Positions 1-11,749 of a stretch of DNA of 64,000 nt are shown here, one piece after another. The notes under the pieces are model-generated. The model was not told the origin of the DNA and searched no databases. It saw nothing but the letters and a program-made list of their open reading frames with translations. Source of the stretch: an uncultured Acidobacteriota bacterium (GTDB lineage Bacteria > Acidobacteriota > UBA6911 > RPQK01 > JAPXNP01); NCBI GenBank assembly GCA_963777605.1, contig CAVZRV010000031.1, forward strand, positions 160,001 through 224,000, given 5' to 3'. Positions within the stretch are counted from its first letter, which is position 1. The number at the start of each line of letters is the position of its first letter. Both the position numbers and the translations under genes were made by a program.

Positions 1-217
1 ACGGACACGACATCAGAGCCCTTGTTGAGCCATCGCAGTTGGCGCCTGACGGTCGCCCGCTCGTGGTCCTTTGTTACACCAACCCCTGCAGAGGTGTTCC
101 ACTTCTTGAGAAGCGACGACAAAGCTCCACTATGTGCGCTTTGCCTCCTCGGAAGAACGAGAGGAATATCGCGATTTTTATGAGTCAGTGATGAAGAACC
201 TGGAGACGGGAGAATAG
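1..217 (+). CDS. Transketolase N-terminal (ThDP-binding) subunit, 3' part only (runs off window; one frameshift)
   Basis: Manual translation gives DGHDIRALV...RPLVVLCYT, then in a shifted frame KLHYVRF...ETGE*, with TAG at 215-217. DGHD is typical of the C-terminal part of transketolase N-subunits; next gene starts 3 nt later. Confidence 0.7.
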
Positions 218-220
218 GCG

Positions 221-1237
221 ATGGAGATCGTTTCAAGAGTTCACGCCAAGAATCTCGTGGGCTGGGCGAAGGACAAGCCGGAAGTCGTCGTTCTCGGCCG
301 ATTTGACGGGTTCCACCGAGATCGATACGTTTAAGGATACCTATCCGGACCGATTCTTCTCGATGGGAGTCGCCGAGCAGAACATGGTCAGTCTGGCAGG
401 CGGGCTCGCCCGCGAAGGGTACATCCCGTCCGTACACACCTTCGCCGTGTTCATCTACCGGCAGGCCTTGAACCAGATTGTGAGTTCGGTTGCCTATTTC
501 GAATCTCCCCGTTAAATTTTTCCAAAACTCCCTTGGCCCGGAATCACGACCCCAGGCGGTGCGACTCATCAGGCAATCGAGGATGTTGCCGTCATGCGCA
601 CAATACCAAATATGACGGGTGTCCTGAGTACTTGGGGATGCAACGGAAGTAGAAACCGTGCTCGACGCGGTCTTCGCTCTACCCGGCCCGGTATACGTGC
701 GAATGCTCCGCGGTGAGATGCCCAGGTTGTTCCCTGTCGAGGAACCACTCGTGGTGGAACCATCCGCGTATCTTGCATCAGGGCCAGGACGTAACCCTCA
801 TTACGGCCGGGATCTGCACCGAAGAGGCATTGCGCGCGATCGCCATTCTAGGTGGGAAGGGCGTCTCCATCCACCACTTGCACGTATCGACGCATAAGCC
901 ATTCACGAATCCGGTGATCCTCGAGGCGGTTTCCAAACCGCGCTACGGTGTCATAACATTGGAAAACCATTCAATCTGGGGTGGACTCGGAACGGAGGTG
1001 GCGGAGGTGATGGCGACGAACGGAGTCGGAAAACGCCTCGTTCGCGTTGGGCTCCGCGATTCGTTCGCCCACGGTGGAAGCCGGCCCTACCTGATGAGGA
1101 AATTGAAAATCGATGCCATGGCCCTTGTGCTCCATATCGAAGAGATGATTGGCATGAGGCTCGGAATTCGAGAGGAGGATCTCGAGCGGGTGCGAATCGA
1201 ACCGTTCGACAACATCGCGCGAGTGGAGGCATTGTAG
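221..1237 (+). CDS. Transketolase C-terminal subunit (pyrimidine-binding + C-terminal domain), frameshifted
   Basis: ATG at 221; ORF pieces 303-515 (DRFFSMGVAEQNMVSLAGGLAREG), 658-897 (PGPVYVRMLRG) and 713-1237 (GQDVTLITAG, VITLENHSIWGGLG, RVGLRDSF); HQAIED in between. Confidence 0.85.
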
Positions 1238-1245
1238 AGCACGCT

Positions 1246-2395
1246 ATGAACGAAAGGTTGTTTGGCAGCGAGCGTTTCACGGTTTCCTATCTCCTCACGG
1301 GCGACAACCGGCTGGCGACCAAGAGAAAGGCCAAGGACATTTGCTACGAGAAAACGGTTGAGTTTCCGAGCGACCTCATTCCAGATGGATTCATAAAAGA
1401 CCACGTGGTCGGCCGCGTGGAAGACTTTCAGCCAGCCGGTCAATCCAGATTCCGGGCCGTCATCAGCTATGCAGTTGAGACGGCGGCGGGCGACCTCGTT
1501 CAACTGCTAAATGTTATTTTCGGAAACATCAGTCTCGGGAAGGCAGGCATCAAAGTGGAACGGTTCAACTTGCCCGGCAGCCTGTTGGCCCGCTTTCGTG
1601 GGCCGCGCTACGGAGTACGTGGCCTGCGCAACCATCTCGGCATCGCCGACAGGCCCCGGGTCTGTGCTGTGCTGAAACCGATGGGCCTCTCGCCCATCGA
1701 GCTCGCGGAGCAAGCCAGTCAGTTTGCGCGGGGTGGGATCGACATTGTCAAGGATGATCACGGTCTCACCACCAAGTGTTCGCCCCATTTGAGGAGCGCG
1801 TTGCGCGCTGCGTCGAGGCTGTGGCGAAGGTCAATCAAGAACATGGAAGTCAATGCCGTCCTCGACGCACCGAATGTGACGGGGCCGAGCGATCAGGTTA
1901 CGCTTCTCGCGCGTCGGGCCAAGGCCGCCGGCGCGGGCGCCCTGCTGATTTGTCCTGGGACTTGTGGGCATCGATGCTATGCGAGTCCTTGCGCAAGATG
2001 ACTCGCTGGCTTTGCCCATAATGGCCCACCCTTCTTTCTGGGGGAAGCTTCGTCACAACACCTGAGAACGGATTGAGCCACTTCGCCCTATACGGCCAGA
2101 TCATGCGCCTCGCGGGCGCGGACATGACGATCTTCCAAACTACGGCGGCCGCTTTTCGTTCGAGATTCTAAGAGGAATGCGCCGAGATTGTTGAGGGATG
2201 TAGGTGCGGGATGGGTGACGTTGCGACCATCTTTCCGGCACCGGCTGCGGGGGTACTACGACCGATCGGGCTGCCGATCTGGTGCGAGTCTATGAGAAGG
2301 ACTTTGTCTTGATTGTCGGTCGAGGCGTGCAGCGGCGGAGTTTCGACCTCGTTGAGAATAGTCGCCATTTCCTCAGCATCCTGAATGGACTGTGA
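1246..2395 (+). CDS. RuBisCO-like protein (form IV RLP), resembling R. rubrum MTRu-1P isomerase; frameshifted
   Basis: EKTVEFP, LLNVIFGN, FRGPRYG, LKPMGL, GGIDIVKDDHG (KDDH instead of KDDE); downstream frames give FAPFEERV, AHP, RLAGAD..IF.NYGGRFS, FPAPAAG; TGA at 2393-2395. Confidence 0.85.
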
Positions 2396-2439
2396 GATCC
2401 TCTATTTCGACCATTTCGGCAAACCCTGCGACTTCGGGT

Positions 2440-2593
2440 GTAACGCCTGGAGCCTTCGGCCTCCCGCAGCTTGCGGATGGTCGGTTCCGGACTATGTGGC
2501 TTTTTTGCCATTTCCGAGTCTCGCTGGCCCCTTTCTAAAGGCCGGTTGAACAACTCAACATACAACCTGGATCAGTTTCCGGGGAGCAGACTA
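2440..2593 (-). mobile_element. IS3-family remnant (left end + first ~20 codons of OrfA)
   Basis: ATG at 2511 (minus) encodes MAKKPHSPEPTIRKLREAEG, a typical IS3 OrfA start; upstream IR-like sequence (plus strand ctggatcagtttccggggagcagacta, ~2567-2593). Confidence 0.6.
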
Positions 2594-2615
2594 GAAATGC
2601 ATAGGCTCTCCCGGA

Positions 2616-3829
2616 TCAAGGAGGATCTTGCTCGCTGACGTTCCCGGCATTCTTCTCCACGAATGACTGCCCGTGAGGCATAGGTGAAATCTGGAAAAGA
2701 TGAGCCAGCGTTTGCGCCACATCATAGAAGCCTTTGCGAATTCCAAGATCCTTTGCCGGTAGGCCGGGGCCATAGAGCAGGATGGGAACGTATTCTCTGG
2801 TGTGATCGCAACCTTCGAATGTTGGATCATTTCCATGATCGGCGGTGATAATCAGGATGTCCGATCCTCTCATGGCGGCGATCAGCTGTCCAAAAAATAG
2901 ATCGGCTTCTTCCAACGCCCGGGCGTAGCCGACTGGGTTCCTCCGGTGACCGAACAACATGTCAAAGTCGATGAGGTTAGCGAACACAAGTCCGTGGTCG
3001 AGCTGGTTCGCCAGTTCAAGTATCGCTGATTGGGCTTCACAGTTGTTGAGGACGTGTATCGACTGAGAAATGCCTCGACGCAGAAAATATCATCAATCTT
3101 GCCCACACTCACCACATGGATTCCATGTTCCTTCAGACGATCAAGAATCGTAGTCCTCGGCGGAGGAAACGGAAAGTCCCGTCGATTCTCCGTGCGTCTG
3201 AAGTTCCCCGGCCTCCCCAGGAAAGGCCGAGCAATGATACGCCCGACACGATACTCATCACAGAGTCTCCTCGCAGTGGAACACGCCTGATAAAGTTCCT
3301 CCAGAGGTATTACTCCCTCATGCGCAGCAATCTGGAAGACAGAATCGCCACTTGTGTAAACAATCCAGGAGCCTTCGCGCATTTGACGTTCGCCCAACTC
3401 CTCAATGATCGCCGTCCCACTCGCTGCACAGTTACCGATGATTCGCCGACCTGTCTCCGCCTCAAACATTGCAGTGAGTTGTTCCGGAAATGATGGAGAC
3501 TCCTTTCGAAAGACCGTGAAACCCGGTCTGAGGAGTAGACCTGCTATTTCCCAATGCCCAGTAACGGTGTTTTTTCCTCGGGAGACCTCTTCCATCGCGC
3601 CGAAAGAGGCAAGAGGCTGAACGGATGCGGAAACTCCCTGAACCGCTAGGCACTCGGGGACGGCGGCGGCGGCCCTGCCAAGCCCAAGGGTCTCGAGCGT
3701 TGGTACGCGGAGCGAACCTGCCGCCTGGGCCGTATGTGCGAGGGTATTGGCTCCTTCGTCCCCATATTCCTCAGCGTCCGCAGCAGCACCAATCCCAACA
3801 GAATCGAGTACGACCAGAAACACCCTCAC
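2616..3829 (-). CDS. deoB: Phosphopentomutase (one frameshift near 3030-3080)
   Basis: VVLDSVGIG, GKNTVTGHWEIAG, YTSGDSVFQIAAHE, RIIARPF; C-terminal ORF 2616-2987 has NLIDFDMLFGHRRN, ITADHGNDPT, DHTREYVP. Confidence 0.93.
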
Positions 3830-4085
3830 GATAGGTCACTCACACGCGTAAAGTGAACTCGGGACTCACGAATCTCTCCGAGAGAATAGTCATGAAAAAG
3901 GACAGCCGATGCGCTATTTGGCAACCGGCACCCTCTTACATCGCAGCGAGTACCAGTCTAGCATTAATAGTCTGCGGTAAGAACGTCTTTTCAACAAGAT
4001 CTTGAAAAACCGAACGATGCCCTATGCTTGAGTATAGCGTGTTGGATCACTCGCGGTCAGACATGAAGCGTCTTCGTGCAATGAG

Positions 4086-5711
4086 GTGCACCAAGATTTG
4101 GCTCGCTTGATCATTAGGCTCACTACGATGTACTTTTTGCCTCCTCCTCTCTCTTGGTATTTTCTATCTGAAGTCCACTTCAGACACGCGATGAAAGACC
4201 GCCAGGAAGAGGCAGAGGACTACTACCGAAAATGGTTGACTCGAGATGTCGTCTACATCATATCTGACGAAGAGAAAGAGGTTTTCGCTAAGCTGACAAC
4301 GGCGGAGGAGCAGGAACGCTTCATTGAGCAGTTCTGGTTTCGGCGCAACTCGGATCCCACGACCCGTGTGAATGAATACAAAGAAGAGCACTACCGTAGA
4401 ATCGCCTACGTGAACGAGTACTTTCAGAGTGGGATCCCGGGCTGGGAAACCGACCGGGGCCGGATTTACATTATCCATGGACCCCCGGATGAAGTCGAGT
4501 CGCATCCATCAGGTGGCAGCTACAAAAGACCCTATCATGAAGGTGGGGGATACACTTCGACATTTCCTTTTGAGATATGGGAGTATCGACACATCGACGG
4601 AATTGGAGACGATATTGAACTCGAGTTTGTGGATAGTAGTCAGTCTGGGGAGTTTCGGCTGGCCCTTCTTCCCGAAGAGAAAGATGCGCTGCTCAATGTC
4701 CCTGGTGCGGGTCTCACTCTTGCTGAAAGCCTCGGCTGGGCTAAGAAGTCGGACCGCCCCTATTTCTCGCCTGGAACGAATTACCCTTACCAACACCCCA
4801 GAATCCAGGACGATCCGTTTATGCGATTCGAAAGATTATTCAGGAGTTCGGGCTCCCGCGAAGATTCGATACAAGGATCTGCAGCAGCTTGTCAAGACGA
4901 ACGTTGCCTTCTCCAACCTTCCCTTCAACGTGCAGATTGATTATCTGCAGTTTGATACAGAGAAAGCTCTGGTGCCTGTCACCCTGGAATTTCAGAACCA
5001 CACGCTTACATTTGCTGCAGCCGGAAACAATGTAACGGCGAAAGCCGCCGTGTACGGCGTGGTCACCTCCATCGGCAATAGAGTTGTCTACGAATTCGAT
5101 GATGATTTTCAACTTTCGTACCCTTCAAGCATTTGGCCCAGGTCTTGAAGGGACGCTCCCTCTACCAGCGAATGATTCCTTTGGACACCGGAGGGCGCTA
5201 TAAGCTCACATTGATTGTCAAGGATCTTAATACCGGGAATATTGGAGTCTATGAAGGTGCGATCGTTACGCCTCGATACCTTGCTGGCAAGCTTGCTCTA
5301 AGCTCCCTTATTTCGGCTGCGTCCTGCGTCGAGATCGATCAGGCTTCCGCTGAGCCGGGAATGTTCGTCTTAGGAGACTTCAGGGTTTACCCGAATACAG
5401 AGAGGCTCTTCTCCCAGAATCAGACAATAGGTCTCTATTTTCAGATCTACAATGCGACCTTGGATCAAGCCTCTCAAATCCCCTCACTCTCTGTTTCTTA
5501 TCGAATTTCTCATGGGTCTGAGACAAGGTTCGAGATCTTGGACGACTCGGGAGAGTTCCTACGAATCTATCGGGGAGGTCGAGTAGCTGTGGTCAGATCC
5601 TTTGATGCATCGAGCCTTGGTTCTGGCGCCTATCGCATCGACATCAGCGTGCAGGACAAGATCTCAGGCGAGGAGAAGAGCATAGAACAGGCATTTCGGA
5701 TTGGCTCTTAG
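4086..5711 (+). CDS. GWxTD domain-containing protein (two frameshifts)
   Basis: KWLTRDVVYIISDEE, FIEQFWFRR, EEHYRRIAY, GIPGWETDRGRIYIIHGPPDE; continues in 4429-5148 and 5133-5711 (LALSSLI, FVLGDFRVYPN, GAYRIDISVQDKISG). Confidence 0.88.
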
Positions 5712-5881
5712 CTCATATGTCTCGCTATTTCCCGTTGGGAACTCGCCATCGTCTCTGCTTCCTCCGCACGGACTCCGCGATATGAGGTGGTCCCACTTGG
5801 GACTTCATCTACATTTTTGCGCATTCGGCCACCGTCTAGGGCGAGGTCCCTTGGAGAACTCCGACCACTCGGCCCATGGGT

Positions 5882-6904
5882 CTATCCCCATGGCGGCTGG
5901 CTCGTCAGCTGAATCAGCGCTTCCAGCGTCGTTTCCTTCTGGCGTTCCGAAACGGTCAGGTGCCGATGTTTACCTGTTTCGTTTTCTTGAAAGCTGGTGC
6001 GTCCTTGCTGGTCGACACTGACTATTCCCGGTCTGGAGAATCCGAAGTAGCCGCGATTTGGACGGACGGCGAACTGCGTAACCGGCATAATCCCACGTTG
6101 GTCGGTCGTAGGGCATCGGGAGATTTGTAGGCCCGATAGGCGTCTGCGATGGGATGGTTCTTCACATAGCCGAAGTCTTCTTCGATGCTGACCGCTGGAT
6201 AGGGGATCGCATGACCGATCTCAAAGCCGCTGAATACGATCTCTGTGGGCCACGTCGAGAACACCTTTTGCGGCCGAATCACGGTCGACGAAGACATTGA
6301 ATTCTGGAACCTCTTCCAAGAAATTGCCGGCCATTGCGGACAGCATGCGGACCTTCAAGCGGACCGAGATACCGGCCCCGACAGCGGGCTGATCGCGTCG
6401 GGGCTCGTTTCCAGAAGAGCCGCGAGATTCGTGCTGAAACCCACCTGGACGATGACGACCGAGCCGTCCTCCGATCCGGCCAGAAGGCGCCGCAAAAGTG
6501 TCACGGCATCTTCCGCATCTTGGTTCTCGACGAGGTCGTGTGGATAGATATACTCACCGCCCGCATCCTTCGCCAATCCTGCCTGCAGGAGTACAGAGAA
6601 CTCTTGGCGGCCCTTGCCATGGTGAACGACACCAATCGGGATGCCGCCACGTCCGTAAAAGGTATTGATGGCGTCGACAAAGGGAGCACCCATCGGGTGC
6701 TCTTTTGTCAGGAGGTCACTCCCAACAAGTGACATTCTCCGCGACTTTCAAGGGCGTGAATCACCCCAAGGGCCAAGGCATCGTCGATATCATTTCCCAT
6801 GTCGGTGTCAAAGATAAGTTGGTACTGAGCCTCCGTACAGATGAGGGCTCGTGAAGGCCATTATCGAGAATGTCTGTCGCAGCCCCACTTCGGAATCGGG
6901 TCAT
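5882..6904 (-). CDS. Nucleoside hydrolase family protein (frameshifted)
   Basis: Minus translation near 6830-6720 gives LIFDTDMGNDIDDALALGVIHALESRGEC; also VQVGFSTNLAALL, WPTEIVFSGFEIG, HPIADAY; ATG with GAAGGTG RBS at 6904. Confidence 0.8.
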
Positions 6905-7215
6905 AATTCACCTTCTGTCTTCGGCTCTGCGAGCCGGACTGTTGCGGAGCCGCATCCCCTATTGTGGAACTGAGTTCGAGAAGACGCGCCGACGCTTCTT
7001 CCCCGCGACATGCAGACTCGTCAATTTCATTTCAGATGCTTTCCGCCTTGGATGATGCGTACAGATCCCGATAGACTGAGGCCCATCTCATTCCTTCGCT
7101 CGGGCTAGGATCTGCGTATTAGAACGATTTCTCGATGCTTTGACCACTTCATATGGTAGGCAGGCCATCCGAAAAACCGCACTAATGGGCCCGGATTTTC
7201 CTGCCGCGCAGACTC

Positions 7216-8221
7216 CTAGGTTTGTCGCGAGACGATGATGAGACCAAGGCCCAATATGAAGAGGGCGAACATCAATACGATCAACCGGTTCGTGCCGCGG
7301 GGAGCCTCCCTGAATTCCTTCCACACGAACACGCCCCAGAGCGCGGCAACCATGGTTGCCCCCTGGCCCAATCCGTACGAGATGGCAAATCCCGCCTGCC
7401 CGGAGGCGATGATGCTGAACATCATGCCGATTCCCCAGATGATGCCACCTAAGACCCCGACGGCGTGGAGAGGCGCCGATCCTCCGAAGTAGTCGGCGAA
7501 AGAAACCAGGACGACCTACGAAAGGTCTCTTCATAATGATCGTATTGAAGAGCAGATTACTGCCGAAAAGTCCCAGCGAGAACATAAAGACGGCGGAGTA
7601 CGGGGTCCAGCTTTCCTGGCTCAAGGTTATTGAAGTTCAGCGACATCGAAGCTGCTACAAAACGATAGAAGAAACCAGCCAGGATCCCGCACAAAACCGC
7701 CAACACAAGCCCCTTGGAGCCACTATCCGCAGTCTCTTTGGGCAGTCTCCGGTAGGCGATTGCATCTAAAACGATGGCCGCCGTCACCAAGGCAACCCCA
7801 AAAAACAGAACTAACGGAACCCCCAGAGGAGTGGCGAGATCAGGTGATGAGGACCCCAAGAACCAGAGCCAAACCGATTCCTACCGGGAAAGCCACCGCC
7901 ATGCCGGCAATCGCAATCGAAGCCACCAGCAGGATATTGGCCGCATTGAAAATAACACCGCCGAGAGCAGCGGAGACGAGATTCAAAATATGCCCTGCGC
8001 CAAATCAACAAGAAACCCCCGCCCTCCAGCGCCGACACTTCCGAGTGTCAAAGCGAACAACGTCAAGACGCAAGGAGGACGCCGATTGCATAATCCCAGT
8101 AAAAGAGCTCGAAACGCCAGTCTCTGGCTGCCAGCTTCTGCGTATTCGCCCACGATCCCCAGCAGAGCATGGTGATCAAGCAGAACACCACAGCCCATAA
8201 GTAACTGTCCAACACAAACAT
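7216..8221 (-). CDS. Ureide-permease/GRP-like DMT sugar or nucleobase permease (frameshifted)
   Basis: MFVLDSYLWAVVFCLITMLCWGSWANTQKL..WRFELFYWDYAIG; C-terminus AGFAISYGLGQGATMVAALWGVFVWKEF; GAGGGAG RBS. Confidence 0.8.
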
Positions 8222-8378
8222 GCGCGCTCCCTCGTCTCACTGCCATCGACCGAGCGGTGCAAGCCATCCGTCCGCTGTCGCTCGACCCCTACCGTGTTCT
8301 TTTGCCGTCTCCCGCCCGCATGTCTCTTGCGGGCGGGAGTCTGAGGAGGTGTACGCAGCCCTGTGTGTCCTCGAGAGT

Positions 8379-11300
8379 CTAGAAGTTGAGTTTAAGACCA
8401 AATTGGATATATCTCGGATTTCTCGCTGACGTAATCCGGCCGAAGTTCGGATCATTCGCCGTCATGCCCAAGCCCACAAACTGAGCATGGTTGAACGCGT
8501 TGAAGAACTCCGCGCGGAACTGTAACGACATCGCTTCCTTTAGGCTGAAATACCTCTGAAGGCTGAAATCCCAATTATTGACCCCAGGTCCGATGATCGT
8601 TCCCCTCCCACCATCGCCCAGTGTCTCCGCGGGTGGAATAACGAAGTCCGTAACATCGAAGAAGGGGAATAGCGTGGGCTGCTTTCGGATATCATCTTTC
8701 AGAGCGTCACTGTTACCAGGTCCAATCCGCGTAGCAGGCTGCATGCGGCGTCCGCCAATGCGAGCCAAGTCACCTCCGATATTCCGGCGTTTTCGCCTGG
8801 CCACCCATAAACGTGGCGATTCCACTGAATTGCCAACCATTTATAATACATTCACCGGTCCAGACATGTCCCCGCCTAGCTTCATCCCGGCCGAACAGAA
8901 TCGTAAATGAAGCTCACTAACGCCGATGCCTCGAATCAAGGAAGCGGGACCTCGCAACTCCTTGATCGTCCCGGTAATATCTCGCTAAACGTATTCATCC
9001 GGGCTTCCATGTCAAGGGCCTTTCCAATGTGTAGGATGTGAATAACGCGAAACCGTTCCGAAGCGGTCTGTCAACCCAACGTTAAGACCATTGTAGTTAG
9101 ACCACCCATTGTTCATCGAAGTCAGAATGTCTCCAAAACCCGAAAACGGCCGCCTGTCCTCCATAGGGACTCCCGGCTCGGGTGGTGGCATATTCATCAT
9201 GCAAAGGCGATTCAACTTCACCCCCGTTGAACCAACATAACCCGCCTCAATGAAAACCGGCCACATTCCTCTGAACGTTTACATTGTACTGGGAAACATA
9301 CGGAGTTCGATTCCAAGGTGACGTTGTGTTGGGAGATGTGCTCCGGGATAAATTCAGGTGAAGGATACATCCCGTTCACCTGATATGTTGGTGTCGGTCG
9401 AGTATTGTTCGAGGACGCAATCTGAGTGTTGGGTGGGTTAGAAACCCCCCAAAACTGAGTTTCATTGAGACCAATCAGGTCGTAAAAAATTCCATATCCT
9501 GCTCGGATGACTGTCTTCGAAGAGGGACTATCGCAAGACCATTCGTGGTGCGAAGTTGTTGCGATCAGGTTCGAATAGGGCGCCCTGCACATCAACGTAT
9601 TTCAGCGTATTGAGGTCGAGATAGTTGAGTTTATTGTTCTCTTCCGACATCGGCTCAGATACTTGAATGTAAACCAAAATAGGCATTCAAATTCGAGGTT
9701 AGCTTCCAGTTATCTTGGCCATATAGTGAGAAATCTGTGTTCCGGAAGCTTCCGGAGCTGTCGCCGATAGACTGATTGGTGAAATCAACAGTCCCAACAT
9801 GAACTCGGGCATGGAATCTCCCGTATAGTACCCCACGAAGCTAAGAGAGGGAGCGCTAGGAAAGTCGTTGTCTATGGCGAAGCGACGAGCCTAGATCCAT
9901 GCCGAACTTAAGGCGAGGATCTCCCTTGACATAGGAGACGTTTTCGTTGACCTGGAACAGGTCGTCGACTGTCTCCTGAGTCTGGGCAGCCTTGCCCGAT
10001 TCCCGAATAGGTGAGCGGCTTGAAACCGGGAAGTGCAAAGTGGCGGCTTTGGTGGTAGGGTTCTGCACACCGAACTTGTCCAAGATCTTCCCCGTATGCT
10101 GCCTCCGGAACACTGTAGTCCAGATTGCGATTGTAGCCGAGCCGGAACTCATTAACGAAACTGGGACCAAAGAAGTGAATTACTGGAGACTGAAAGACTG
10201 GTCTCCAAGAGGCCTATTCAAACCGTATCCCTCGAAAAGCGAAGGTGAGGTCAGGGGTTCTCCACCCAAGAATACTTAGCGAACATCCGGTCCGACTCTG
10301 TAAGGTCGATATCGACCTTGGCATGGATCTCGTCACGGTCGCTAGGCTGGAGTCCCTCGCGGCCATAATTTAGACTCGGATCAAACTCGCGATTCGGCGC
10401 CGGGTAGAACGGCGCGACATTTCCCATTACAGCGTCAAATCGGTCGACGGGTATCCGATTATCCGGGAAGGGTGCTCCGGTCGTAGGATCAATAATCTCA
10501 TGGTCGAACTGGCCCGCCAGGTTTTCGGTGAGGGAACTCGCCCAGGTAGGTGTTTGCCAGTCGCGACCGATAGCCTTCATAGCTTCCGAAGAAGAAGACC
10601 TTGTCTCGAATCACCGGGCCCCCGACGGTCCCACCAAACTGATTTTGCTTATATCGTGGTTTCTCCGAACCGTCAAAGAAGTTCCTCGCGTTCAGCTTGT
10701 CATTCCGGAGGAACTCGAAGAGGGAACCGTGGAACTCGTTGGTCCCTGATTTGATGATCGTGTTCACAACCGTTGTTCCCCAACCCTGGTCGGCCGTGAA
10801 AACATTCCGTTGAACATTGAACTCCTGAATTGTGTCAATTGAGGGTCGAAATCCCGAACCACCCCAACGAGGGGAACGCGTCTCGATACCGTCCAGGAGA
10901 TAGCTGGTGTCGGTCTCCCGCAGGCCAGCGACCACCACCGACATGTCGGATCGGCTTGTCCAAGAACTCACCGGTGAGATGGCAGAGTGAATTTGCATAA
11001 CACCGGGAGACAGCTGGGCAAGCTGGATGAATTCCGTCCGTTGAGCGGCAACTCGACGATTTCTTTCGCTGTGAGAACACTGGTCATGGCAACGTCGTCC
11101 GACTGCACAACGTCGGCAGCCGCACTTACCTCAATCGCCGTGCTGACCTCGCCTATACTGAGTGGCACATTGACGGTACGCCTCGTTCCTACCAGAAGCG
11201 CAATATCGGATGCCACGAACGTCTTAAAACCTTGAAGTACGGCCGTCAGCTCATACGTTCCCGGGTCCATTCGCGGGAAAATATAGCGGCCCAAGTCATC

Positions 11301-11490
11301 ACTTAATGCCGTGCGGGCCGCATTCGTCTCCACATTCCGCAACGTCAGTTCGACGCCCGGAATAAAACTCCCCTGTTGGTAGAACCGCCCCCAAGATGTC
11401 TCCGGTGGTCGACTGAGCAGTGGCGAACCGGGGCAGCAAACAAAGAACGGTGAGAGCAACAAGCAAAAACAGAAACTGCGGCCTTCTCAT
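8379..11490 (-). CDS. TonB-dependent receptor, Acidobacteria type with carboxypeptidase-regulatory-like N-domain (heavily frameshifted)
   Basis: Signal peptide MRRPQFLFLL; GRYIFPRMDPGTYEL, ELPLNGRN, IKSGTNEFHGSLFEFLRNDKLNARNFF, QNQFGGTVGGP; C-terminus LQFRAEFFNAFNH...PRYIQFGLKLNF. Confidence 0.9.
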
Positions 11491-11749
11491 GAGAAATCCC
11501 CTCCCCTCGAACGAGACTGGCGCGAATTGTCTTATTTCACACTTATATTAGTTCGGGGTAACTGGCCAGTCAAGAACTTTTTGTGGTAACAGTACAGAAA
11601 AGTTTCCGTGGTGGTGGTGGTGCTATTCTTCCGATGGTATACTCGGCGGGATCATTGGATCCAGCTTCCGTCAATGCAGCCGGATTTTCCAGAACCGGGA
11701 GACAACGGCTGTTGGGACGGTGGCGGAACCGCACTAAGAGGGGGTTGAG

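Noticed and set aside
1246-2395. True RuBisCO / CO2 fixation
   Set aside because: KDDH and KPMGL replace KDDE and KPKLG; no small subunit or phosphoribulokinase in view.
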